A DNA stretch of 64,000 bases from an uncultured Fibrobacteraceae bacterium (GTDB taxonomy: Bacteria > Krumholzibacteriota > Krumholzibacteriia > LZORAL124-64-63), in contig CAYYYS010000003.1 in NCBI GenBank assembly GCA_964476155.1, forward strand, positions 52,489 through 116,488, read 5' to 3'. The number at the start of each line of letters is the position of its first letter. The first letter of the stretch is position 1. The notes beneath the pieces are model-generated. The model ran no database searches. It was not told where the DNA came from and saw nothing but the letters and a program-made list of their open reading frames with translations. Of this stretch, positions 44,852 to 54,340 are shown one piece after another. A program made the translations under genes and the position numbers.

Positions 44852-46234
44852 ATGACCAAGCTCAACAAGATCCTGATCGGCGTGGCCCTGACGGCCTTCC
44901 TGGGCGCGGGCTGCAGCCTGGACACACCGGCTCCGGGGGAGCTCGACTACACCCTGGCGGGTGCCGAGTACTTTGAGGACTACGTGGCCATCGGCAACAG
45001 TTTGACCGCGGGCTACATGGACGGCGGCCTGATCGGCTTCGATCCGACTACGGAGAGTGCCGCCTACGCCCAGATCAACAGCTATCCGCAGTTGCTGGCC
45101 TCGGCCATGGGCTACGCGCCCGGCTCGTTCTACCAGCCGTACATCGCCTTCCCGGGCATCGGCATCAGCGATACGGGTGACCCCGCCCTGATCGCCGGCG
45201 TGCTGCGCTTCGACGGCGCGGGCATCAGCCTGGCCGGTGCGACATCGGCTGCCGAGGTAGCGACCCTGGCGATTGCCGCGCTGTACCCCTTGCCCTACAA
45301 CAACCTCGGCGTACCCGGTGCGACAACCTGGGATGTGACCGGCGCCCTGGACTCATCGACCAGCCAGTCGCTGGGCAACAGCTTCTTCGACCTGATCCTG
45401 CGCAACCCGGACTTCGGGAACGTGAGCATGATCAACCAGGCCATCGCCATGGGGCCGAAGATCATGACCTGCTGGATCGGCAACAACGACATCCTCGGCG
45501 GCGCCACCAGCGGTTCGCCGGTGCTGGGTGACAACATTACGCCGGCGGCATCCTTCACGCCCATGTACCAGGGCATCCTGGATCAGCTGACCACGGGTAT
45601 CGCCGAACGTCACGGCTACACGCCCATGATCGTCGTGGGTAACGTGCCTGACATCGCAAGCGCGCCGTACTTCGTACCCAAGGCGCTCTTCGACGTGCTC
45701 GCCGGCGGGGCCATCCCCACGGTCGAGGACGCCGTCTACGTGCGCTTCCCGGCCCTGAGCTATCTCGGCGCCGGCGGTGCGATGCCGCTGCCCGAGGAGT
45801 ACACCCTGGACGCGGCTGAAGTCGCCGTGGTCAACACGGCCGTGACCGACATCAACGCCGCCATCGACGCCGAGGTCGCGGCCCGCGACAACGTCTATCT
45901 CTACGACGCCAACGCGGTGCTGGCCGGCCTGGACCCGAACACCGAAGCGGCCCACTTCGTGACGCTGCTGGGTAGCGGTCTTTTTGACGTGGAGACCGCC
46001 GCGGCCACGACCTACTTCTCGCTCGACGGTATTCACCCCAACAATCGCGGCTACGCCCTGGTGGCCAACGGCATGATCGACGTGATCAACGCCGCTCTGG
46101 GCACCGAACTGGCTCAGATCCCCATCGCGGCGATCACCTGGGACCCGACCTACGGTATCCCCATCACCGCCAAGGCCGACGGCCCGCTGCTGACACCGAC
46201 TGCGGCCCGAGCCATGGACGCCGTCTTTCGCTAG
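44852..46234 (+). CDS. SGNH/GDSL hydrolase family lipoprotein (lipase/esterase-like)
   Basis: A lipobox (FLGAGCS), a GDSL block (VAIGNSLTAG) and the catalytic DGIHPN near the C-terminus. Confidence 0.75.
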   Translation: MTKLNKILIGVALTAFLGAGCSLDTPAPGELDYTLAGAEYFEDYVAIGNSLTAGYMDGGLIGFDPTTESAAYAQINSYPQLLASAMGYAPGSFYQPYIAFPGIGISDTGDPALIAGVLRFDGAGISLAGATSAAEVATLAIAALYPLPYNNLGVPGATTWDVTGALDSSTSQSLGNSFFDLILRNPDFGNVSMINQAIAMGPKIMTCWIGNNDILGGATSGSPVLGDNITPAASFTPMYQGILDQLTTGIAERHGYTPMIVVGNVPDIASAPYFVPKALFDVLAGGAIPTVEDAVYVRFPALSYLGAGGAMPLPEEYTLDAAEVAVVNTAVTDINAAIDAEVAARDNVYLYDANAVLAGLDPNTEAAHFVTLLGSGLFDVETAAATTYFSLDGIHPNNRGYALVANGMIDVINAALGTELAQIPIAAITWDPTYGIPITAKADGPLLTPTAARAMDAVFR

Positions 46235-46255
46235 ACGTCGTTCCGCGTGATACGG

Positions 46256-46285
46256 ACAGGGCGGGGACTCCGGTCCCCGCCCTGT
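46256..46285 (+). terminator. hairpin terminator after GDSL hydrolase gene
   Basis: ACAGGGCGGGGA-ctccgg-TCCCCGCCCTGT, an 11-bp stem with a weak T tail. Confidence 0.45.
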
Positions 46286-46289
46286 TATC

Positions 46290-47195
46290 GTGAATTCCCA
46301 CGTGCCAACGCCGCTAATCTCATGTAGGTTTTGTAGCGAGATCAACCCACCCCCTATAGGAGGCCACCCGTTGCGCCAAGGATTCCGTTCGCCCCTGGGC
46401 GGCTTCGGCCCGCCGCTGGCACAGACCATCAAGGTCCTGCTCGCCGCCAACATCACCGTCTTCGTCATCCAGTTCATGCTGGACGGAGTCGGGGCTCGAC
46501 ACTGGTTCGACCAGTTCTTCGGTCTGGTCCCCAGCAAAGCCGTCATGAAGCTGCACGTCTGGCAGTTCGCCTCCTACATGTTCCTGCACGGCGACTTCTG
46601 GCACCTGTTCTGGAATATGTTCATTCTCTGGATGTTCGGCTCGGAACTCGCCTCGCTCTGGGGGCGCCGGGGCTTTTTGCAGTACTACTTCGTCGCGGGT
46701 ATCGGCGCCGGGCTGGTCTACTTCCTGTTGATGCCGCTGATCGAATCGGCCTCGGCCAATATCCCGCTGATCGGCGCCTCGGGCGCCTGCTTCGGCCTGC
46801 TGATGGCCTACGGCATGCTCTTCCCCGATCGCAAGGTCATGCTCTGGTTGATCATTCCGATCAAGGTCAAGTGGTTCGTACTGGGTATCGGCCTCTTCGA
46901 ACTCATGTCCATCTGGCAGACCGACAGCGTCGGGCACCTGGCCCATCTGGGCGGCCTGCTCTTCGGCTTCATCTACCTCAAGGGCGGCAAACGTTGGGTC
47001 GACGGCCTGCTGAGCAGTCGCCGCAAGCGCAAGGCCGGATCGCGCTTCCGCGTGGTCGACGACCAGAAGCCCGGCAACGGCCAATCGGTCGGCCGTGACA
47101 AGGTGGATCAGATCCTTGAGAAGATTTCGCGGGAGGGGTTGGACAGCCTGACGCCCGAGGAGCGCGACATCCTGCGTCGCGCCAGTCGAAAATGA
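46290..47195 (+). CDS. rhomboid family intramembrane serine protease
   Basis: GASGACFG (GxSG catalytic Ser) and HLAHLGG (catalytic His) lie in TM helices, with a basic C-terminal tail. The exact start is uncertain. Confidence 0.75.
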   Translation: MNSHVPTPLISCRFCSEINPPPIGGHPLRQGFRSPLGGFGPPLAQTIKVLLAANITVFVIQFMLDGVGARHWFDQFFGLVPSKAVMKLHVWQFASYMFLHGDFWHLFWNMFILWMFGSELASLWGRRGFLQYYFVAGIGAGLVYFLLMPLIESASANIPLIGASGACFGLLMAYGMLFPDRKVMLWLIIPIKVKWFVLGIGLFELMSIWQTDSVGHLAHLGGLLFGFIYLKGGKRWVDGLLSSRRKRKAGSRFRVVDDQKPGNGQSVGRDKVDQILEKISREGLDSLTPEERDILRRASRK

Positions 47196-47199
47196 GCCT

Positions 47200-48156
47200 A
47201 TGATCGATCTGTCCATCATCATCGTCAGCTGGAATACGCGCGAGTTTCTGCGCGACTGTCTGGCGTCGCTGCCGACCGGCTGCGGCGCGCTCGTGACCGA
47301 GACCTTCGTGGTGGACAACGCCTCGGCCGACGGTTCGCCGGACATGGTGCGCGAGGACTTCCCGCACAGCCAACTCATCGAGTCCGGCGGCAATCTCGGT
47401 TTTGCCCGCGGCAACAATCTCGCGCTGCCCCGGTGCCGGGGCCGTCACATCCTGCTGCTGAATCCCGATACGATTTGCGCACCCGGCGCCCTGGCGCGAC
47501 TGAGTGCGTTTCTCGACGCAACGCCCGACGCGGGCGCCGTCGGCCCGATCCTGACCGACGCGACCGGCACGCCGACCCTGTCCTGGGGAACCGCGCCACG
47601 CCTGCGCTATCACCTGCTGTCGCTCATCGATCCGGGACGCCGCTGGCTGCCCGCCGGCCTGCGCGACACGACCACGGCCCGCATACCTGTCGACGCCTCC
47701 TCCCCCTATCGAGTCGACTATGTGGTGGGCGCCTGTCTGATGACCACGCGCGCGGCCCTCGATGCGGTGGGTCCCCTGGACGAGCGCTTCTTCATGTACT
47801 TCGAGGAGACCGACTGGTGTATGCGCGCGGCCGCCGGCGGCTACACCGTCTACCTGGAACCGGGCGCCCGGGTCGCACACCTCGAAGGCCGCGCCGCCGC
47901 CCGCGCCCACGATTTCACCCTGGCCCAGTTCCAGAAGAGCTATCGTCTGTTCGTGGCGAAGCACCGGGGCGAGCACTGGGTCCCCCTCTTCCGCGCCGCC
48001 CAGTTCCTGGAGTACGGATTCAAGGGCGGCCTGCGCCGCCTGGCCGCCCGCTTGCGTCCGGCGAACAGCGACCACCATACGGCGCTGGCCGACAACTACC
48101 TGCGAACCGCCGCCCTTCAGTTGCACGGCGAGGTCGATGCGACCCCTCCCGTCTGA
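47200..48156 (+). CDS. glycosyltransferase family 2 protein
   Basis: LSIIIVSWNTREFLRDCL, the DNASADGS (DxD-like) motif and FFMYFEETDWCMR are typical of GT2. Confidence 0.8.
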   Translation: MIDLSIIIVSWNTREFLRDCLASLPTGCGALVTETFVVDNASADGSPDMVREDFPHSQLIESGGNLGFARGNNLALPRCRGRHILLLNPDTICAPGALARLSAFLDATPDAGAVGPILTDATGTPTLSWGTAPRLRYHLLSLIDPGRRWLPAGLRDTTTARIPVDASSPYRVDYVVGACLMTTRAALDAVGPLDERFFMYFEETDWCMRAAAGGYTVYLEPGARVAHLEGRAAARAHDFTLAQFQKSYRLFVAKHRGEHWVPLFRAAQFLEYGFKGGLRRLAARLRPANSDHHTALADNYLRTAALQLHGEVDATPPV

Positions 48157-48181
48157 TCCCGACACCCCCGGACAAAACGAA

Positions 48182-48202
48182 GGCCCCGACAATGCCGGGG
48201 CC
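48182..48202. terminator. hairpin between convergent GT2 and rne genes
   Basis: GGCCCCG-acaatgc-CGGGGCC. Confidence 0.4.
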
Positions 48203-48226
48203 CTCTCTCATGGTTACGATCCCGTA

Positions 48227-49960
48227 TCAGCTGTCGCCACCGGAACGCGGCGTGTTAGAGCGTCGGCGCCCACCGCGGCGTCCGCGTCGACGCGGACGGC
48301 CGGAGCTCGTGGCTGCGGTGGTCTGCTGCTCGCGTCCGCGCGGTGCGGGCTTGGGCTGTCGCGAGGGCTGCGCGCCGCGACCCCGCTGGCGACTGCCCCG
48401 ACCACGGGGCATGCTCTTGCGGTCGGCTTCGGCGATGAGGTCCTTGTCCGTACGCAACGACACGACCTGGAAGAGTTCGCGGTGGCGCGACGGATCGTCC
48501 AGGATATCGATGGTCAGGTCGTGCTCACTCGACAGTTCCTCGAGCTGCTCGGACCGATCGCGCAGGAGATAGAGCGCCAGCAGAGGATTGACCTGGATCT
48601 GGATCTGCTTCTCACGCGTCTTGTGGTGGACCCGGTGCACCTCGCGCTCGATGCGGTTGGCGAGCGTGGCGAGACTCAGTACCTTGCCGCCGCCTTTGCA
48701 GTAGGGGCAGTCGTCGCTGAGAAAGCTCGTCAGCGAAGGCCGCACCCGCTGGCGACTCATCTCGATCAGCCCCAGGTTGCTGACCGGAAAGATCTTGGTC
48801 CGCGCGCGGTCGCGACGCAGCACGCCGCGCAGCTCGTTCTGGACGCGCCGCTTGTTGCCCTCATGCTCCATGTCGATGAAATCGATGACGATGATGCCGC
48901 CGATATCGCGCAGACGCAGCTGACGCGCCACCTCGCGAGCGGCCAGCATGTTGGTCTCGACGATGGTTTCTTCCTGGCTGCGACGGCCGGTAAAACGACC
49001 GGTGTTCACGTCCACCGAGACCAGCGCCTCGGTCTGTTCGATGATGATGTAGCCACCCTTCTTGAGCCAGACCCGCGGCTCCGTACTCTTACGGATCTCC
49101 TGCTCGATGCCGTATTTCTCGAAGATGGCCTGCGCGTCCTTGTAGGGCTTTATCCGGTTCTTGAGGTCCGGCGCGAAGATCTGCACGTACTTCTGCAGGC
49201 GCTTGAAGTCGTCCTTGTCGTCGATGATCAGGCATTCCACGTCATCCTTGAAGATGTCGCGGATCAGGCCGACCACCATGCCCACGTCCTCGTGAACCAG
49301 GCAGGGCGCCTCGCCGGCCTCCTTCTCACTCTGCGCGATCTCCTTCCACACGTTCGACAGGTACTTCACGTCGTTGCGGACGGCCTTCTCGTCGGCGCCT
49401 GCGGCCGCCGTACGAATTATGAAGGCGCCCGTGTCGGGCCGCGCCTCCTGCAGGATGTTCTTGAGCCGGACCCGCTCGCGCCGGTCCTCGATCTTGCGTG
49501 ACACGCCCACATGGGTGCCCTGGGGCATGTGCACCAGGAAGCGCCCGGGCAGACTGATGTCGGCGGTCAGGCGGGGGCCCTTGGTGCTGATGGGTTCCTT
49601 GGTGACCTGTACGAGCAGTTCGTCGCCGACACGCAGCGTGTCACCGATGTTCGGCACGTTCCGGTACGAGCGTCCGCGACCTCCCCGTCTGGTCGGGCCG
49701 GGTCCATCGACCTCCTCGGCCGAGTCGGGTTCGGCGTGCACCAGATCCGAGGCGTGCAGGAAGCCGGCGCGCTCGAGACCGATGTCCACGAATGCGGCCT
49801 GGAGCCCCGGCTTGACCGAGGTAACGACGCCCCGGTACAGGTTGCCGACGATTCGCTTGGCGTCGGCCCGCTCAATGAGCAGCTCGACGAGGTCGCCGTC
49901 TTCGAGAATCCCGATACGGATCTCATGGGGATCCGAGTTTATGATGATTTCCTTGCGCAT
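48227..49960 (-). CDS. rng: Rne/Rng family ribonuclease (RNase E/G) with Arg-rich C-terminal tail
   Basis: The S1 domain (GNLYRGVVTSVKPGLQAAFVDIG) and the catalytic domain through DFIDM are present. The C-terminal R/G/P-rich tail (RGRGSRQRGRGAQ...RRRGRRGGRRR) is attached. Confidence 0.85.
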   Translation of the reverse strand: MRKEIIINSDPHEIRIGILEDGDLVELLIERADAKRIVGNLYRGVVTSVKPGLQAAFVDIGLERAGFLHASDLVHAEPDSAEEVDGPGPTRRGGRGRSYRNVPNIGDTLRVGDELLVQVTKEPISTKGPRLTADISLPGRFLVHMPQGTHVGVSRKIEDRRERVRLKNILQEARPDTGAFIIRTAAAGADEKAVRNDVKYLSNVWKEIAQSEKEAGEAPCLVHEDVGMVVGLIRDIFKDDVECLIIDDKDDFKRLQKYVQIFAPDLKNRIKPYKDAQAIFEKYGIEQEIRKSTEPRVWLKKGGYIIIEQTEALVSVDVNTGRFTGRRSQEETIVETNMLAAREVARQLRLRDIGGIIVIDFIDMEHEGNKRRVQNELRGVLRRDRARTKIFPVSNLGLIEMSRQRVRPSLTSFLSDDCPYCKGGGKVLSLATLANRIEREVHRVHHKTREKQIQIQVNPLLALYLLRDRSEQLEELSSEHDLTIDILDDPSRHRELFQVVSLRTDKDLIAEADRKSMPRGRGSRQRGRGAQPSRQPKPAPRGREQQTTAATSSGRPRRRGRRGGRRRSNTPRSGGDS

Positions 49961-49985
49961 TTCGCAACGAGTCCCTTCTGAGCGG

Positions 49986-52700
49986 TCAGGCCGACATGTG
50001 TGTGCGCAGCCACAACCGCAGGTTCAATTCACTGATTCTCGCCAGGGGCGACATCCACCCGTCATCGTTTCGGCGCGCCAGCAGGGCTGTGCGCCGTACG
50101 CGCGCCAGGCGCGGCTCGGGCAGTCGGTCGCCGCAAAGAACGGCGAGAAAGTCATAGGCAGGCAGCCCGGCCTCGCCGGGTCGCCGTCGCAACGAGAAGT
50201 CCAGGACCGCGCCGCCCGTCTCGGGGCACGGGGTCTCGGATACCGATAGGCGATCCCCGCAGAGCAGGGGTCGCACGTCCACTTCAAGATCTCCCTTGGG
50301 CCGTCGGCGCAGATAGATGCGTGACGACTCGCTCAGAAACGTCGCGATGAGGCCTTGCAGCACCGCGATGTCCGGGCCACCCTCGGCAGGTGGCGGCAGG
50401 ACGGCCGAATAATCGTATCGATCCACGTCCTTGTCTATGGCGCCGGGCAGGATGGGACCCACCTCGACGCTGCGCAGTATGCGCACACCCGCGGGCAAAT
50501 GTCCGTTGAGAATATCAACCCACTCCGGAACATGCCGGGTGAACGCCACGTCGAGCATCTCCCCGTCCCCCTCGACGCCGAGAGGCAACGGCGGCCCGAA
50601 CTTGATCAACGGGTGGGGATTAAAGCCCTGGCTAGAGGCGATCGGCAGACCCGCGCGACGCAGGACGAGGCGCAGTTGCCGCTGAAAATCAAGGTGTCCC
50701 CAGAAAGCGGCGTCACCCGTTTTTGCATAGACCACGCGGTGCCAGCACTTGCCGGGTGAGCGGTCGCGCCACTTTTTCCAACAGACGCGTTCACGATCAG
50801 GGTTTTTCGAATCCGCGTTGCGGGGATCGAAGTCCGGCACGGTGATGACTGCCGTTTTGGTCACGGGACCGCTCGCCGGCAGTGCGAAAACGTGATCCAG
50901 GTCGTCTTCACAGGCTTCGCACTGGGTGCAGAGTCCTTCGCTGCGACAGTCTTCGAGAGTTTCGACACGCTGGGCGGCGGCCCAGTCCTGACGCAGGAAA
51001 TCCGGGTCAACCTGAGCGAAGACGCCGTCCCAGGGCAGGGGGGCCTCGGGGTCGCGGGGTTCGAGGTATTGGTCCTGCGCTATCCCGCCGGCAGCGAGGG
51101 CGTCCTCCCACAAACGGATGTCGAAAACTTCGTCCCAACCATCGAAACGGGCGCCGGCGCGCCAGGCGGTCTCGACCACGGGGCCGAGACGCGCATCGCC
51201 CAGCCCCAACAGGCCTTCCAGCATGGAGACATCGGGGTCGCGCAGGCTCACCTTCACCTTGTAGCGTCGCAGGGCGTCTTTCAGCTTGTAGTTGCGACGG
51301 GTGATCTCCTCGCGCGAGATCTGGCCGGCCCACTGGAAGGGCGTGTGCGCCTTGGGCGAGAACGGCGAAACCGAAACCGTGAGCTGAGATCCGCCGCGGG
51401 GCGCAATGGCGACGCACTTGGCGATCAGGGCCACGGCGGCGTCGAGGTCCGCGTCGGTCTCGGTCGGCAGACCGATCATGAAGTAGAGCTTGATGCGCTT
51501 GGCGCCGGCGTCGAAAGCCCGCGTCACGCTGTCCAGCACGTCCTGCTCGGTCACGCCCTTGTTGATCACGTCGCGCAGGCGCTGGCTGCCGGCTTCAGGC
51601 GCGAAGGTGAAGGACCCCGGCTTCTCGCCCCGGATCAGGTCGTAGACCGCTTCGTCCAGGGCGTCCACGCGCAGGCTGGGCAGTTCGAGATTGGTGCGCG
51701 TGCCTTTGAGCCCCGCCATGATGCCGGTCATGGCCTCGCCCAGACCGCTGTAATCGCAGGTCGACAGGGACAACAACGAGATCTCGTCCCAGCCCAGTTC
51801 ACGTGTACTTCCGACGGCGGCGAACACGACCTTGTCCACGTCACGCTCGCGTACCGGCCGGGTGATCATGCCCGCCTGGCAGAAGCGGCACCCCCGCGTG
51901 CAGCCGCGCATGACTTCCAGGCTCAGTCGATCGTGGACGGGTTCGATGACGGGCACCAGGGTGGCCGGCGGTCGATGGGTGTTCAGGTCCGCCACGACTC
52001 GGGCCTCGGTACGATCGGTTTGACCGGCCCACCAGGTACCGGGAATGCGGCGAACTCGCGCCAATCGCTCCGCCCGGGATTCGCCCGCGGCCTTGCCCTC
52101 GCGAACCGCGCGGGCGACATCCACGACCAGGTCTTCCCCGTCGCCGATGCAGAACACATCCACGAACTGCCCCAGTACGGTCGGGTTGGCGGCGCAATGG
52201 CCGCCGGCAATGACCAGGGGATCGTCCTCGCCGCGATCGGCGGCCTGCAGGGGAATACCCGCCAGGTCGATCATGTTCAGGACGTTCGTATAGCAGAGTT
52301 CGTAACCCAGTGAAAAACCGAACACATCGAAGCGTCGGGCTGGGATTTTCGACTCCAGCGCAAAGAGAGGGACTTTCTCGTCCCGCATGCGCTTTTCCAT
52401 GTCGAGCCAGGGAGCGAAGGTCAGGTCGGCAAAGGTGTCGGGAGCGTCGTTCAACGCCGTATAGAGGATGCGCATTCCGTTGTTGGAAATACCCACTTCG
52501 TAGGCGTCGGGAAAGGCGAGCAGGACATTGGCCCGGTCCTCGCGCCACGGCACGCGTACGGCGCCGAGCTCGCCGCCGAGATAGCGGCCGGGCTTGGCGA
52601 CCAGGGGCAACAGACGACGCCGCAGCACGGAGTCGAGCTGCGTCGGATCGTCGTACCGCGAATCGGGTCGGCGGGCGCCGCCCGGAGCGGGTGCCTGCAC
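49986..52700 (-). CDS. radical SAM protein (TIGR03960-like) fused to DUF2344/TIGR03936-like domain, RNase E/G-associated
   Basis: CTRGCRFCQAG is the radical SAM CxxxCxxC motif, and a B12-binding-like N-terminus is present. The 904-aa length and a position immediately upstream of rne/rng match the widely conserved rSAM-Rne pairing. Confidence 0.75.
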   Translation of the reverse strand: MQAPAPGGARRPDSRYDDPTQLDSVLRRRLLPLVAKPGRYLGGELGAVRVPWREDRANVLLAFPDAYEVGISNNGMRILYTALNDAPDTFADLTFAPWLDMEKRMRDEKVPLFALESKIPARRFDVFGFSLGYELCYTNVLNMIDLAGIPLQAADRGEDDPLVIAGGHCAANPTVLGQFVDVFCIGDGEDLVVDVARAVREGKAAGESRAERLARVRRIPGTWWAGQTDRTEARVVADLNTHRPPATLVPVIEPVHDRLSLEVMRGCTRGCRFCQAGMITRPVRERDVDKVVFAAVGSTRELGWDEISLLSLSTCDYSGLGEAMTGIMAGLKGTRTNLELPSLRVDALDEAVYDLIRGEKPGSFTFAPEAGSQRLRDVINKGVTEQDVLDSVTRAFDAGAKRIKLYFMIGLPTETDADLDAAVALIAKCVAIAPRGGSQLTVSVSPFSPKAHTPFQWAGQISREEITRRNYKLKDALRRYKVKVSLRDPDVSMLEGLLGLGDARLGPVVETAWRAGARFDGWDEVFDIRLWEDALAAGGIAQDQYLEPRDPEAPLPWDGVFAQVDPDFLRQDWAAAQRVETLEDCRSEGLCTQCEACEDDLDHVFALPASGPVTKTAVITVPDFDPRNADSKNPDRERVCWKKWRDRSPGKCWHRVVYAKTGDAAFWGHLDFQRQLRLVLRRAGLPIASSQGFNPHPLIKFGPPLPLGVEGDGEMLDVAFTRHVPEWVDILNGHLPAGVRILRSVEVGPILPGAIDKDVDRYDYSAVLPPPAEGGPDIAVLQGLIATFLSESSRIYLRRRPKGDLEVDVRPLLCGDRLSVSETPCPETGGAVLDFSLRRRPGEAGLPAYDFLAVLCGDRLPEPRLARVRRTALLARRNDDGWMSPLARISELNLRLWLRTHMSA

Positions 52701-52729
52701 TAGGCCTCTATTCCGATCTGGACCGGGCT

Positions 52730-54166
52730 TCAGTGCCCTCCCGGAGTGCCCACTTCCGGGATATCGAGGCTCCGGTCCAGTATCTCCTTGGTGATGTCCG
52801 ACTCGAAGGGCACGGGGTAGTCGCCGGTGAAACAGGCCGAGCAGTAGAGCTCGGAGTTTCCGGTCGCCCGCAGCAAACCTTCGGTAGACAGATATGCGAT
52901 GGAATCGACACGCAGATAGGTGGCGATCTCGTCGACCGAGTGGCTCGACGCGATCAGCTCGTTGCGAACGGGCGTGTCTATTCCGTAGTAGCAGGGGTGC
53001 GTGATGGGTGGCGACGCGATGCGCAGATGCACTTCGGTCGCGCCGGTGTTGCGGACCAGCTTCACTAGTTTGCGCATGGTCGTGCCGCGCACGATGGAAT
53101 CGTCGATCAAGACGACACGCTTGCCTGCCATGATGCGTTGGACGGGATTGAACTTGATGCGAACCGACATGTCCCGAACCTTCTGGGCTGGCGATATGAA
53201 GGTACGGCCGACATAGTGGTTCCGGATCAGTCCGAGCTCGAACGGCAGGCCCGTCTCGTGGGCATAACCGAGGGTCGCCGTGTTGCTCGAATCGGGTACC
53301 GAACAGACGAAATCGGCGTCGACCGGGCTCTCCTGGCCCAGGATCGCGCCGCAGCGGCGGCGGATCTCGTCGACACTTTCACCGAAGACGGTACTGTCGG
53401 GTCGCGAGAAGTAAATATGCTCGAAAACGCACTGGGATATGCGTTCCCGGGGTGCGATGCGCCGACTGACAAGGCCACTCCCGTCCAGGATGGCCATCTC
53501 GCCCGGCTCAACGTCCCGTAGATAGGTGCCGCCCATGATGTCGAAAGCGCAGCTCTCCGAGGCGACCGTGTAACTGTCCTTGAATCGTCCCAGGCACAGG
53601 GGACGGAACCCCTGGGGATCGCGCACGGCGATCAGCTTGTCTCGCGTCAGAACCAGCAGGCTGTAGGCGCCTTCCACCTGCTTGAGGGCTTCGGTCACGG
53701 CGTCCTCGAAGGTCGCGGCGTGACTGCGGGCTATCAGATGCAGAAAGACCTCGGTGTCGCTTGTCGTGCCGAAGATGGAGCCTTGCTCTTCCATCTCCCG
53801 GCGTAGAACGTGGGCATTGACGAGGTTGCCGTTGTGAGCCACCGAAACAGCGCCGCGGTGACAGGTGACCTGCATGGGCTGCGCGTTCTCCACACGGGAC
53901 GTCCCGGTCGTGGAATAGCGTACGTGCCCCATGCTGAAAGTGCCGTCGAGGGTCTTGACCACGTCCTCGGTGAAGACATCGGCCACCAGGCCCATGCGGC
54001 GGTGGGTGGATAGGGTATGCATGTCGGAAACGGATACGCCGGCGCTCTCCTGGCCGCGATGCTGGAGGGCATGAAGCGCCAGGGCGGCCATCTCGCCGGC
54101 GCCGCTGCAGCCGGCGATGCCGACCACACCGCATTCGTCGCGCCAGTGATGTCCTTCCAGAGCCAT
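52730..54166 (-). CDS. purF: amidophosphoribosyltransferase
   Basis: An N-terminal CGVVGI (Ntn nucleophile Cys), the PRTase motif VVLIDDSIVRGTT and a C-terminal Cys cluster. An AGGAGG SD is present. Confidence 0.9.
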   Translation of the reverse strand: MALEGHHWRDECGVVGIAGCSGAGEMAALALHALQHRGQESAGVSVSDMHTLSTHRRMGLVADVFTEDVVKTLDGTFSMGHVRYSTTGTSRVENAQPMQVTCHRGAVSVAHNGNLVNAHVLRREMEEQGSIFGTTSDTEVFLHLIARSHAATFEDAVTEALKQVEGAYSLLVLTRDKLIAVRDPQGFRPLCLGRFKDSYTVASESCAFDIMGGTYLRDVEPGEMAILDGSGLVSRRIAPRERISQCVFEHIYFSRPDSTVFGESVDEIRRRCGAILGQESPVDADFVCSVPDSSNTATLGYAHETGLPFELGLIRNHYVGRTFISPAQKVRDMSVRIKFNPVQRIMAGKRVVLIDDSIVRGTTMRKLVKLVRNTGATEVHLRIASPPITHPCYYGIDTPVRNELIASSHSVDEIATYLRVDSIAYLSTEGLLRATGNSELYCSACFTGDYPVPFESDITKEILDRSLDIPEVGTPGGH

Positions 54167-54190
54167 GCCGCCTCCTGCGGTCGTAGTGCT

Positions 54191-54340
54191 TTGTCAAACC
54201 TAGAACGGCGGGTTAGGCAGCCCACAAGAGGCCATCTGCCGCGTTACACTCGCTTGAATTAGCTACGGCTAGTCCTGCGCTCGCGCGCCTTGCATTTGTC
54301 CACTCGTGATCAGCCTAACCCGCCGTTCTAGGTTCGACAA
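54191..54340. repeat. 150-nt element bounded by 28-bp near-perfect inverted repeats (candidate MITE or structured RNA) in the purF leader
   Basis: TTGTCAAACCTAGAACGGCGGGTTAGGC (54191-54218) pairs with GCCTAACCCGCCGTTCTAGGTTCGACAA (54313-54340) at 27/28 positions, enclosing 94 nt. It lies between the stop of the upstream gene (54315) and the purF SD. Confidence 0.5.
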
